Of a stretch of DNA of 64,000 bases, positions 38,114 to 49,849 are shown one piece after another (the first letter of the stretch is position 1; every line of letters starts with the position of its first letter). Source of the DNA: Convolutriloba macropyga (Eukaryota); NCBI RefSeq assembly GCF_964194025.1, contig NC_134479.1, positions 49,166,001-49,230,000 of the forward strand, in the 5' to 3' direction. The notes beneath the pieces are model-generated. The model was not told the DNA's origin. It saw only the letters and a program-made list of their open reading frames with translations, and searched no databases. Both the position numbers and the translations under genes were made by a program.

Positions 38114-41100
38114 TTTAAAATTTACAATACGTAAACATTGCATAAAGTTGCTAAATTATGTCTGGACCACCGGAAGCTGAACAAAATATTTTCTTATTTA
38201 TCTTTCTGATTACATAACATCGAGCGGAGGAGTCGTACACCGATGACATCTGAAACACCAAAACATCAAACGTCTGCTCTGCTATTACCTAACAGGGTAG
38301 TATGACGAATAAAACTTATACAATAGATTTCTGACGGATTAGAGACATGTATTACAACATAGCGGGACTGCAATATATAGTAACAGCTACAAATTCCGAT
38401 GAACAATTTTGATGAAACCATAAAAAATGAGTCGCAATTACTGTATAATTTCCACTGAAGTACGGCAAATTTTGATTAGCGGACATTTAAATATGAGTTC
38501 TGCGATATTTTTTGTTGACTATTGAAGATGTTGATATTGACATAAACCATTTTTGTATATTTTAGCATAAATGAATTTATTTTCACAGATGAGAATTAAA
38601 GTTAAGCTGAGCTGTTTTAACAGTTAGTAAATAGCAAACTTCAATTGAGGCCAAACAGATCCGCAAATTACGCGCAAGAAAAAAGTCAAGTTAGTCTCAG
38701 AGAAATCAGCAATTCTAATATAACAGAAGTGCAACGGCTTTCATAATTGCAAGAAGGTTCCGAGTACTAATTTGTCTAACGCTACGTCGTCTCAACATGA
38801 TTGACTATAACTGTGAACAAAGCCTGAATATTCCCGAAGAAACTGCTCAAAATAGATCGAATAGCATAATAAACTGCTCAAAACTGAAGAAAAAAATCCA
38901 TGAATAAAGGTGGCCAAAAAATTAACGAATGACAAGACCTGAATTACAATTCCGCGAATTGAATAAACCAGATAGGACACTATCAGCCTCCTTAGAATAG
39001 CAGCCTCTGATAGTAAAGAGACTATTTACCAAGAAATCCGAGAAAACAAACAGCACAAAATTCTAGATACTTATCTCATTTCTAAAAACTCATTTCTCTT
39101 AGGAATAAGGCTCTCAAACTATTAGGTCAAACTACGTCAGCCTCAAATTCGCAATGGGAGCCTGGACAGCAAAATCAAACTTTTAAGAAAATCACTGTGA
39201 GACAAACTAAAGCAACAACACACGATATTTGGCAATAACCAATTTTGACTAATGGTTATGAAAAAGAGCGGCATGAGAGTCCTAGTGGCATCCAAATTTT
39301 GAAAAAAAAGTTGTCGAAGCCAATAAAATCATTAGCAAAAACCTGAAACCCATGAGAACTAAGAATGCCGCATTAAATAGAAAATGAGACCTGTCATTAA
39401 TGAGAATAAGCAACAGAACAACGCAAACAATTTCAAAATTGGAAAAAACCTACAATTTGCTCCAATTGTTTTCAGTAGTCTCAAAATCATTAAAACCAAT
39501 AGAACTGAACACAAAAATGCAAAATACTTGATCAAAATTTCTCAGAGAGCCAGCATTACACAGCATGAAACAGCTCCTATAAAAGTAGTTAGCACTGTTA
39601 TAAGAGAATATACGGGAAAACAAATATTCAACTACTACCCATTAGAGAGCCAATGAGTCCTATCATTACTGAGAATAAGTCGCAAGACAAAAACAAATAC
39701 AAAAAAGGCAAAATCCAATGAACCGGTAGTATGTTTGGAAATAAGTTGTCGATGCTGAGAAAAAGTCAATAAATAGAATTAAAGATCACTAATTAGATTT
39801 AGAATTAGCATAGGTATCTGTTATTAATAAAAAGACTTTACAGAACACTGAAAAACACAAAATTGGGTGAAATCCAAAAAGGCAATATTTTTTGAAAACA
39901 AGTAATATCGAAGTCGTTAAAACCATTATATTTGAGTAAAAATCAATAAACTCAAATACGCACAACAAGAAGCTATTGACAACTATCGTTAATGAGAAAA
40001 TAACAAAAAAACAACAAAAACCAACGTTTATGATAACATTTTTTTGTAAAACAGGTCGTGTCAAGTCGTGAAATTCGCTAGATTCCAATGAGAGCTGTCA
40101 AAAGGGGAGACTAAAAACAAACAAAAAGAAAACAATAAAAAACGGAAAACCAAAAAAAGTCGCTATTATTTTAATTAAAACTAGCATTTTAATTTCAATC
40201 AAAAATTTATCTTAAGTATGTATCATATGTCACTCAGATCTGTCAATAATGGAACTAAGAACCAGAGCATCGAAGCAGACAAAATACGAAAATCATATAT
40301 ACTTCAGGAAAACAAATATGTTCAGTTTTAAAAACCGTAAGTTGTCTTTTGAGGGGTTTAAACCACAGCAACTAATCAATATTAGAACAAACAATTACCT
40401 GTTAAAAACATTCGTGCATAAAATGAGGAAAGTACGGCCAAAAATCCCTTTCAACACGAATTGGTCACTTCACCTTGAAAGGAGTTTGAAACAATTCCAC
40501 TTCTAGAAATTGGCTCCTCTCTATACTCCAACGTGATCAAAATCACAACTACAATTTGGCTTCTCATTGACAAAAAAGTGTGAGCATATCTTGAAAAAGA
40601 CAGGGCACCAACACAACTCAAACTCTTTTGAGTTGTCAAAAAAGGAGAGCGCCTAAATTAAAGCCTATAGGAGACTGACTGAGATATCAAAGTCTACGGA
40701 AAAAAATCTAATTTAAAACAAAGTGCGTTCACCTCAGAGTAAAACAACGCTTCTAAAACAGATTAAAATAGTTAAATTGAGTTCAATAGTCAAAGCAACA
40801 TAGTAAAAGTAACCTCAACATTCTTTGAAACACTCGCTATAAAAACGATTTCCTAGAAAGCGCAGTTGATCACAATGAACTCACTTCTGGTTCAATCGAG
40901 GAGGGAAAAGAAGAAGCTAGCGACACTAGCTACAAATGACAGCTTATTAACAATCAACATTAGCCTAAGTAAAAACTCATTGAGCACTGCTAGGAAGTTT
41001 TTGTCATCGAATACATGAAGTCACTGGCTTATATAATCATGCTGCTCATTCTTCGACTCAGCGTTTAATAAAATGGCTAAGAGTTGTGTAGTCAAAGGCA

Positions 41101-42075
41101 GGCGCAACTACTGTGAAAACAAGCGCTCTAGATTTGAACCAGCGTCTCTTTCCTGGTAAGCCTGCTAATCATTGCGCAAACTTAAGCGCTCGAACGCAAG
41201 TTGAAAGAGTAGAGTTTCTAGTCCTACAATTTCAATCATCATATGCACAACTTATATTAGGTTCTCTCCAATTTTCATAATACCCGCTTAAGCTCAGACT
41301 AGGGCCCAGGCCTATGAACTGTTAGTGAGGTCTAGATAGGCGCAACTAGTGTGAAGTTTTTGACCAAGCATTGTACCCGTTCTCTTGTCCTTTCTTATTC
41401 CTCGAAACTTCGTTTTTTTTTAGCCAAGCACGCATCCAAAAAGTTGACATTCTTGTCAAGCTATGTCAAACTTATCTTATGCACAATTTAAAATCCGTTG
41501 TCCTTCTCAGCCTTTTAACACGTTGCTCGCGGGAATGTTCGTAGAACGAAACAAAATATAATCTGTCGTGTGCACTGTAGCTCGCTCATTATCTACCACA
41601 ACTCAAAAATTGGTTACAATCGAACTAACCGGGCTGGCCTTAGCAACTGACAACTACAATTGAACCTAGCAAAAATGGTAACCCTTTTTCTGCAAAACGA
41701 AAGAAACAATACGAAGAAATATATCCATCTAAACAATAGACGCGGCTGCTGTCAATAAATTTTTCTTTAGCACATTCATTAACCCCAAAATTTCTACTCA
41801 AAACATGTGATCAAAAAAGTTCAATTCAGGGAGCAGATAGACCGAATCTAACAAAAATTTACACTTTTTGACATGAATCAAAGAATTTGAGAAACACATT
41901 GTAGCATAGCTAAAAAAGCTTTTATAGACCAGCTACATTCACTTATACAATTGTACTACAGAAAATGGTACTCAAATTCTTCAAATTGTTACATAACCGA
42001 AATTCACTAATTCCCCTACATCCAATTTTTCAGTGATCACAAAACTGTACATTTTAAAAAGTACAGATCTCGCAC

Positions 42076-42569
42076 TCAGGATTTCTTTCCTTTATTTCTG
42101 AACCATCTGGTTTCGTTCGGATCAAATCCTCTTTCTCTGCACCCAAAAACAGCCCAATCAGGTGTTCGTTCCATATAATCAACAGATGAAAAACTTTTTC
42201 CTGTTTCCAAATATTTCCGATTCAGTTCGTGAAACTTTTCGTAATCAATCCACGTGTGCCAATTTTCCCCGTCGGGTTTGAACTTTTTCTGGGCTATCAA
42301 AACGCAATTTGAATGTTCGTGTTCACTTGCAACTTCATAGTTTCCAAGTTGAGACGACAGTTGTTCACAGAATTCGACAACTTCTTCATGGAAAGGAACA
42401 TTCGACATACTTAGAGGAGCTTTTCCACTGTTTTTGGTAGTTCCACAGTAGGTGACCCCTTTGACCTCTACAAAGTCGGGTTTTCCCAGAGCTATCAAAT
42501 CTGCGTACTGTTTGATTTCCTCCACATTGAAGCCTTTAACCAGGGTCAATCTGTAAACTGTACGCTGGC
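42076..42569 (-). CDS. TYW1: TYW1 terminal exon (wyosine-formation domain)
   Basis: TTTCAG|(G)QRTVYRLTLVKGFNVEEIKQYADLIALGKPDFVEVKGVTYCG...EHEHSNCVLIA...WHTWIDYEKF...TPDWAVFG..ERGFDP. Confidence 0.96.
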
Positions 42570-42991
42570 CTGAAACAGTTTAACTTAACGTTGAATAAGT
42601 AACTCTCACCCGTAGAAAAATTCAGAAGAAAAAACCAGTTCAAAGAATGAAAACAGAAAAAATTTCTCATACGCAGTGAAATTCTAGAAAGCATATTTCT
42701 CAGTATTACCGAGAATAGCCATTTTCAACTGAAAATTAATATAGGCGAAAGTAATATTTTATAGCTTCACCGATATTCGTAAGAATAAGTATTAGTTGCT
42801 CAAAAGTTTATCCCATTTACATAAATTCGCAATTTTATCTTCAAATATTACATAATAGACATTGTCCGCCCAAATTGAGCCTCCAAAGCTCTAGTTTTAA
42901 ACCTTGACTAACATAAAAGGTATGAATTGGAACACTTAACTGATAAAAACGTCAATTTTTTTAAATTAGATAATTGGTTTAAAATTTGTAC

Positions 42992-43159
42992 CTTTGTCAG
43001 ACAGTGCAGTCAATGAATCCACGAATCTCTCCCAGAAGTCCTTGAATAGAGGTCTGTCTATCTTCTTCAGACTGTCCTTAGTACTCGCATCCACACTCAC
43101 GTACAACTGTGTCACTGGAACCAGATTTCGAATAGCTTCCGGGAATTGGGCATTTGTTA
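42992..43159 (-). CDS. TYW1: TYW1 exon
   Basis: TTGCAG|(V)TNAQFPEAIRNLVPVTQLYVSVDASTKDSLKKIDRPLFKDFWERFVDSLTALSDK|GTACAA. Confidence 0.96.
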
Positions 43160-43536
43160 CTGCAATTCAAAAAATTTTAAAATGCTTCCTTTCATTTTTT
43201 ATGACTTCAAGAATTCTGACATTCTATAATTTTCCGTTTTGTCTAAAAATTTGATAAAAAATGTCCTCCAGAACAGTAGCCGAGTACAATAAAGTTTAAT
43301 GATAAAGAACTGGAGAAAAAATAGCCCAGAAATAATTTGCCGAACTTCCGGGACCTGTAAAAAAACCATAAAATTTGCGCGTGATACAGTAAATACATTT
43401 TAACCACAAAAAAATGTGGCCTGATCTTACAGAAAGTATTGCATTGTTACTATTGTAAAAATTCTTATTTTCTTAAACTCAGAAATCAGCAGATTTGCGA
43501 AAAATTGCACTGCGTCGAAGGAAACAATTTTCATTC

Positions 43537-43726
43537 CTAAAAAGGTGGAGATGTTGCTCTGGTGAAGTAGTCCCACGAGTGTGTTGATCTCTGGATACAT
43601 GATTGGCTCTCCTACCAAAGACAGAGCACAGTGTTTAATTGTGAATGCTTCTTGGAATTTGGCTGGCAATACCCCCGGAACACCCCGGAACTGTTTAACC
43701 ATTGCGTAGTGGTTATCTGTGGCACC
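43537..43726 (-). CDS. TYW1: TYW1 exon (followed by an apparent GA donor)
   Basis: TTCCAG|GATDNHYAMVKQFRGVPGV...KHCALSLVGEPIMYPEIN...ISTFL G|GAATGA. Confidence 0.92.
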
Positions 43727-43897
43727 CTGGAATACAAAATCTGCAAGATACTTCTAATAGGTCACAATTCTGATAACATCTACACCTGCATCAGAGGTTT
43801 AGAAGGTGTTACATCGATTTGACAGAACTAGAAATAGAAAACTGCTGTAATAACCCAGCTTGTAGTATATCAAGCTAACAAAGTTGCTACTTCAGCA

Positions 43898-43966
43898 GAG
43901 CTTTGGTACAACGTTAGCATGCCTGCCCGCAGTTCTAGAGATAGTAGGTTCGAGTCCTCTAAGCTC
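43898..43966 (+). repeat. tRNA-derived sequence (SINE head or tRNA pseudogene)
   Basis: GAGCTT...AAGCTC acceptor-like stem, A-box-like TGGTACAACGTTAG, B box GGTTCGAGTCC (43947-43957). No clean anticodon arm. Confidence 0.5.
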
Positions 43967-44386
43967 AAATTCTTTAGCAGTATATGGAGTTAGCTAATAC
44001 CACAGTTGTTACTGTTAATACGGGGTTGTTACACCGCAAGTCACTGTTAATATATCAACATACTGATAATCTCAACACGTATTTGTTTTGGAAAGTTCTA
44101 GATGGACTTTGTAGAGCTAACACCACACGACGTTCTTGCAGTTTTCAATCAATCGTTTTCGTAGAGTTACCGATTATCCAATTGCATTTCCCAAGACAAA
44201 TTTATTTCAAAGTAATTGGAGTCTCTTAGGTTCCACCTCTTCCAATCGCGGCGTCAGTTGTGGAGGGGAACTGGTTATCATATTATCGAGTCATAACCTC
44301 AAGGATCTGATATTGAATTATTCAATTCCATTCCACGTTTGATCAGGGATCTTTCTTTAAGTTTCGATGAAAATAGTGATGCTAAC

Positions 44387-44510
44387 CTTGAAAATGAGCT
44401 CCGGGCTGTCCATGGCCCATTTCCACTCAGTGCCCACTGGGTTCGTGTGGTGTCTCCAGCAGAACACACACTTGTTTGCACATGCAAGAGAGGGTGTCGT
44501 CTCCATACAT
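44387..44510 (-). CDS. TYW1: TYW1 exon with the radical-SAM CxxxCxxC motif
   Basis: ATTCAG|(R)CMETTPSLACANKCVFCWRHHTNPVGTEWKWAMDSPELIFK|GTTAGC. Confidence 0.97.
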
Positions 44511-44545
44511 CTGAATAACAAACCACAATAAGACATATTCAGTTT

Positions 44546-44572
44546 AATTGTTGTGATAAACTTATTAAATAG
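44546..44572 (+). other. Spliced-leader-like 27-nt sequence at the LINE 5' end
   Basis: AATTGTTGTGATAAACTTATTAAATAG, identical to 63285-63311, ends in AG 13 nt before the ORF1 ATG. SL identity is inferred. Confidence 0.6.
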
Positions 44573-44585
44573 TTTCCGGTTGGAT

Positions 44586-45544
44586 ATGACTAATGAATGT
44601 GAGATGGCAACTGAGACCGAAGAAAGAAACCACCAAGAGAACAGCGAGGAAACTGCGACTGATGTAAACGTTGACCTACCAGCATTGAGATTTCATGACA
44701 GAACACCAGTAACGAAACCCAGTACCAAAAGGGCCCATACAGAGTTATCCCAATAAGTGACGCGGACGAGCCACAAACTGACACATGGAAATCTATCGAG
44801 GAGGCAATTAAAACTTCAATCTATCGAGGAGGCAATTAAAACTTCAATGAAGCAGCTATCCCGGCTCTTATACAGCAAATCTTAAATAATTTGACAGAAA
44901 GGATAAGCTAAACAGTTGACACTGCTGTAGCAAAGGCGAAAGAGGAAATTCTGGAAAGTGTTGCGGCCGACATGACAATTGAACGAAAAGCTGAACTACG
45001 AAGCCTATGTGAAGCAGTACAGCCAGAGACCTATAACCGACGCGAAAACTTAAAGATTTTCAATGTGGACGAAGAAATTCGCAAGGACACAAACGGCTTC
45101 TCTATACCTGAACCTCTTGAGTCTACTATTAATAAAGTCTCGCAAATTACAAGGAACTTAGGCGCAACTGTAGACGTCAAGGATATATCAATTGCCCATC
45201 GCCTCCGTGCAAAGAAGGGAACGAACCCCATCATCGCACGGCTCTCCCGAAGAATGGCAAAAATAGATATTATGAAAAAGAGAAAACTTTTCGAGAATGG
45301 CAGCCAAGTCAAGATATTTGAAGACGTCAGCAGAGCGAGACTAACTTTCATTGACACGAGGAAAAGTGACAAAAGAATTTCTAAAGTATGGACCAAGGAA
45401 GGCAGTATAATATACACATTCCATAATGATAGAGAAATTTTGAAGATTTATAATCTGTATGATGGTGCTATTGCTCTAAGCTATGATGTTGAAGATGCTT
45501 TACAGTGTTTTCGTAGGCAGGTATTTCCTGCCGGTAACTTCTAA
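44586..45544 (+). pseudogene. LINE ORF1 (coiled coil plus RRM-like, L1-ORF1p-like), broken by stops and a 28-bp tandem duplication at 44793-44848
   Basis: ORFs 44553-44756 and 44972-45544; duplicated CTATCGAGGAGGCAATTAAAACTTCAAT. Confidence 0.8.
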
Positions 45545-45559
45545 CTCCATCAATATCTT

Positions 45560-48350
45560 ACCAAATGCCAACTCTCCAATTCAACTATCTGTGCATTTAA
45601 ATTTCAGATCTTAAAAAAGTCACCTTGAGGAACTGGAAGCACTAGTTTTAATCTTTGAGTCTCCGCCTGTTGTTAATTGTTTAACTGAAACATGGCTAAC
45701 CGATAATGATCATCTCCAAAGCTATACACAAAAGGGGTACAACCAATTCTTTACAAAAAATAGGGAAACCCCAGATGGAGGTGTAATGAGTCAAGTAAAA
45801 AAAAACCTGCACCATCTTTAGACAAAGCTTTCTAGACTTTGATGAAGCAATCTCCGCAGATATAGCGCTTGTGAGATTTAAATTAGTTACCATTTACACT
45901 AAGCCGCGCACCAACAAAATGGACTTTAGAAAAATTGGGTATTTAGAAGAAATTATCTCAGTCAGCGTTCGCGTCGTGATCTGTGGTGATTTCAACATTG
46001 ACGCTCTTACTACACATCTGGTCTCTAATAAATGTAAAAAAGCAATAATTGCCGATGGATTTGAAAATCAGCCGGAAAATCCAACACTTGTCACCGAAAA
46101 TTCAAAAACATGCATTGACCATTTTATTTACCAGGATGTGCTGAACCCAAGCTTCGAAGTGTTAGGGAATGAGGCCATCACAGATCACTACCCTATTCTA
46201 ATGAGATGGGACGTTGAACCGGATTGCTCACGTTCATGCCAAGTGTATAGAGATACATCTTTCCTATGAAATCATCGAAAAACAAAAAAAATTCAATGAA
46301 ACACTAACTGAAAATTTAAGAAAAATTCAGAACCAGGTGAGTATTGAACCAGATGTGGATAAAGCGTTCAAGATATTTCATGATACATTTGACTCAACAT
46401 TACTTGAATTTTCCTCTTAAAATCGGCTAAAAATAAGACAGGCAATCCCTGCCTGGTTTGATCATAAGCTGAAAAATCTTAGATCAAAACTCATTAACGA
46501 CATAAACGGCAAAGTGAAAACAAAAGAAAACATACCCCCTCTAGATAATATAGTAAAAGAACACAACCAGACACCTACCGAAATAGCTAATAAACTAAAC
46601 GAATTCTTTACTAGCGTAAGGGATTCTCTCGCAAGACATCACCAAAACTCCATTACCAGTAATTGAACGCGTAGATATATCAATGTTTCTATATGATGTC
46701 ACTCCAGCGAAATAAAGTGTATCTTAGATAGTCTAGACAAAAAATCATCTTCAGGGGACGATTACATTAGTAACCTCATTCTGAAGTCAGTGTCTCATGA
46801 AAATTTTCCGTATGTGGCCTATCTCATAAATATGTCTCAGAAATGGCATTTTCCCATCAGAACTAAAAAAACAAAAGTCATTCCGCTACACACAGGTTTC
46901 CAAGGCGGATCGAAATAATTAACGGCCCATATCGTCATTTAAAGTATTCAGTAAAACTTACGAATGTGCAACGTAAAACAGAATATATAACTTTCTAGAA
47001 AATTTTATGCTTCTTTATGGAAAATAATTTGGCTTTCATTGCAAACAAAGCACAATCGATGCTCTAATTGAACTATTTGAAAAAATATAAGATTGGATAA
47101 GACAAAAAACATTTACAGTTTCTTCCTTGATTTGAAAAAAGCCTTTGACACTGTAGATCACAAAATTCTGCTAAACAAATGGTTTTAGGGGAAAGATATG
47201 ATTTTAGGGGCAACGCTCTTAGTTGGCTGATATCGTACTTGTCCAATAGAATTCAGCGGGTAGAAGCAAATGGATACTTATCTGAATGGCAGAAAGTAAC
47301 TACGGGTGTACCCCAAGGATCCATTCTCNNNNNNNNNNNNNNNNNNNNNNNNNNNNNNNNNNNNNNNNNNNNNNNNNNNNNNNNNNNNNNNNNNNNNNNN
47401 NNNNNNNNNNNNNNNNNNNNNNNNNNNNNNNNNNNNNNNNNNNNNNNNNNNNNNNNNNNNNNNNNNNNNNNNNNNNNNNNNNNTTGTCAGTCTGTTGACG
47501 TACTACTCTTTGCCGACGACAATAATTTGACCGCTATGAACTGTAATGTATATGACATTGAGGTTGACCTACTCAATCTTAATAACTGTCTGAATTGCCA
47601 ATAGGCTGAAACTGAACTTAACCAAAACAGTCCAAATGAATATTAAATCTAGTGCTTCCCATTCTACCTTCTTCCTAAGCTCTTTGCCTTTAGAAATAAA
47701 ACCTGTCTGTAAATACCTAGGTGTCTATGTTGATAACAGACTTTCATTTCTCTCACATGTAGACAACGTAAAAATGAGACTCGGGAGACAATCAGGCATT
47801 TTATCTAAGCTTAGACACTTCCTTCCTCGTTCCCAATTAATACGATATTATAATAGTAATATGCAACCCAAAATTCAAAATGGCTAACGTGGTTTATGGC
47901 TGCACTAGCCATAATAACCTTGAACCAATTTTGAAACTGCCAAAGAAAATTTTGAAATACATTTATTTCAGAAACAGACGTGACAGTTGTAATGATATTT
48001 TTGAAAATAACCAAATCGTTACGTTTTATGAGATTCAAATATAATAATTACTCAAGTTTACGAAGATCAATCAATAACCTGCATAAACAAGAGTTTTTGA
48101 ATAATAGGTTTTGTTTTTCGAAAATTCTAGAATGACAAGATCAACTGAACACGCCCTTCTCTTTGTAAGACGAAAATTGAGCGATTTTCGATAAATTACC
48201 GTGCTAGCAAATTATTCAACCTTCTCAAATGCAAAGGAATACTGCCTCCAGAAATAAATGAAATGAATATATCAAAAATAATGAAAATTTATCACGAAAT
48301 AAAAAACGCATTTTTGCTCCAAAATGCTGATCTAATGAAACATATATTGA
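45560..48350 (+). pseudogene. LINE ORF2 (APE endonuclease and reverse transcriptase), frameshifted
   Basis: ORF fragments 45871-46269, 47179-47604 and 47636-47887 carry APE and RT motifs. Confidence 0.88.
47329..47483. other. Assembly gap or masked run of 155 N
   Basis: N run between PQGSIL and FADD of the LINE RT. Confidence 0.99.
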
Positions 48351-48376
48351 GCTAATCAAATTTGGCCAAAAGTTAA

Positions 48377-48734
48377 CCCCATGGCTGCATGCTACAGGAG
48401 GTGCAATTCTGAGCCCTGATTCTGGCCTGAAAGTTTGACCCCTCTATCTCTTCTAGTTTGAGAGATATCGCCATTTTTCAATTTTTTTTGGAATTTTCCA
48501 AAAAACTTGAAAATTATCAAAAAATTTTAATTTTTAAATTCCAGTCTTCTCCACCATGATCAACGACTTTATTTAGAGTGAATTGGCAAGCTGAATTTGC
48601 CGCCTAAAAAATTTAAAGATGAAAATTGCTCGACTAGAAACCAACATTAGAAAAAAATATATATTTTTAATTTTGTTTCCCATAAGCTGTAATAAGTTAA
48701 TTCTGCCAACAATAAACAACATGTGTAGCCAGGG
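48377..48734. mobile_element. Possible piggyBac-like MITE nested in the LINE 3' UTR
   Basis: TTAA|CCCCATGGCTGCA ... TGTAGCCAGGG; imperfect TIR, and the right TTAA is not preserved. Confidence 0.3.
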
Positions 48735-49309
48735 TTGTTACTTGGAGGGTCACAGGACCCCGTTTATATATTATATTGTTTGTTGTTGATGATATACTGG
48801 ATAAATAAATTCTTTCCCTCTTTCTTTCTCAGGCTGACCATATACTGACTAATGTTGGCTGCAATGATGGTACCACGTGGAAGCTTCAGACGCAAAAAAA
48901 GTCACTAAAAAAGAGCAATGCTGCTCATAAAAAGAACAGTCTGAAATGTGGGTAGTAATAAGAAAAAGGGCAGCTGAGAACAGGCCGAAGTCGCCTAATG
49001 CTGTTCCGCTGCGATTATGCAGGAACCAAAATTATTATTATTACATTCGAGATCTGCTGGCCTAACAGGTTTAAATATGTAAATTCACAAGGATTACATT
49101 TCCATTCTCACATCAAGGTTTTGTAGTATTTTACAATTAACATTTTCCAATGTTATCCGACAATAGATCACCTTCACTATACGTCAATCAATAATACTTT
49201 AAATAGGTACATCAATTGATGGTACCACTGAGTCAACGATAACTCAACTCCGAAAGCAATTACTTCCAACACTGACAACAAAAAAGAATTCTCAATACTT
49301 CTCGCCTAC

Positions 49310-49409
49310 CTGTGGCTTTCGATCCCATAGAATGTGTGTTTGTAACATCCTCCTCTCCCTCTTAGCATACTTTTAGTCCACCTGCACAATTTCACTCCGC
49401 TGTGGGAAC
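49310..49409 (-). CDS. TYW1: TYW1 exon
   Basis: TTCCAG|(G)SHSGVKLCRWTKSMLRGRGGCYKHTFYGIESH(R)|GTAGGC. Confidence 0.97.
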
Positions 49410-49849
49410 CTGGAACAACATGAAAACTTAATTTAATTGCATAAACACATCGAAAAATCACCTTGATAATTTTATATTGGAACTGAAACAGAAAATACAA
49501 AACGCTTCAGTTCACATTTCTAGTGATTTCGAGGACAAAAATACTCCAGTAAAAATTTTGTGGCTGAAAAAGCGTTAAATGAAATCAGTAGGAGAGAAAT
49601 TGTCCGGTGCAAATTTTACTACGAGAACAAATCTTTACAGCATCACTACACAATCGAATTCCACCTGAAAAGTCGCAAGCAACACAAAAGTCTCTGCACA
49701 GACGGTAGATTTTGTTTATATTGAAAAATGCGTCGGAGAAATATACCTGGTGGTCAATCAACAGAATCAAATGAATTCTGTTTAACATTAATTTACTGCT
49801 CGAAAATATCGAAGGACAGCATTCTGAGAAAAAAGTGGCAAAACTCATC

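Larger units (their letters stand above)
44546..48830 (+). mobile_element. Full-length but disrupted LINE (CR1/L2-group; ORF1 plus APE-RT ORF2) in a TYW1 intron, antisense to the gene
   Basis: ORF1 from ATG 44586 with YNRRENLKIF...ISIAHRL...IFEDVS...WTKEG. APE motifs LTETWL, CGDFNID, CIDHF, TDHYPI. RT motifs FLDLKKAFDTVDH, GVPQGSIL, FADD, KYLGVYVD. AATAAA (48804) and a (TTTC)-like tail. Many stops and frameshifts. Confidence 0.92.

Noticed and set aside
43898-43966. Functional tRNA gene
   Set aside because: A and B boxes are present but the D and anticodon arms do not form a convincing cloverleaf.
44546-44600. Possible SL RNA gene at either leader copy
   Set aside because: Neither copy is followed by a GT donor and Sm-site stem-loops; both run straight into LINE sequence.
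47329-47483. Insertion within the LINE RT domain
   Set aside because: It is an N run; its length exceeds the usual PQG-to-ADD spacing but nothing can be inferred from unknown bases.
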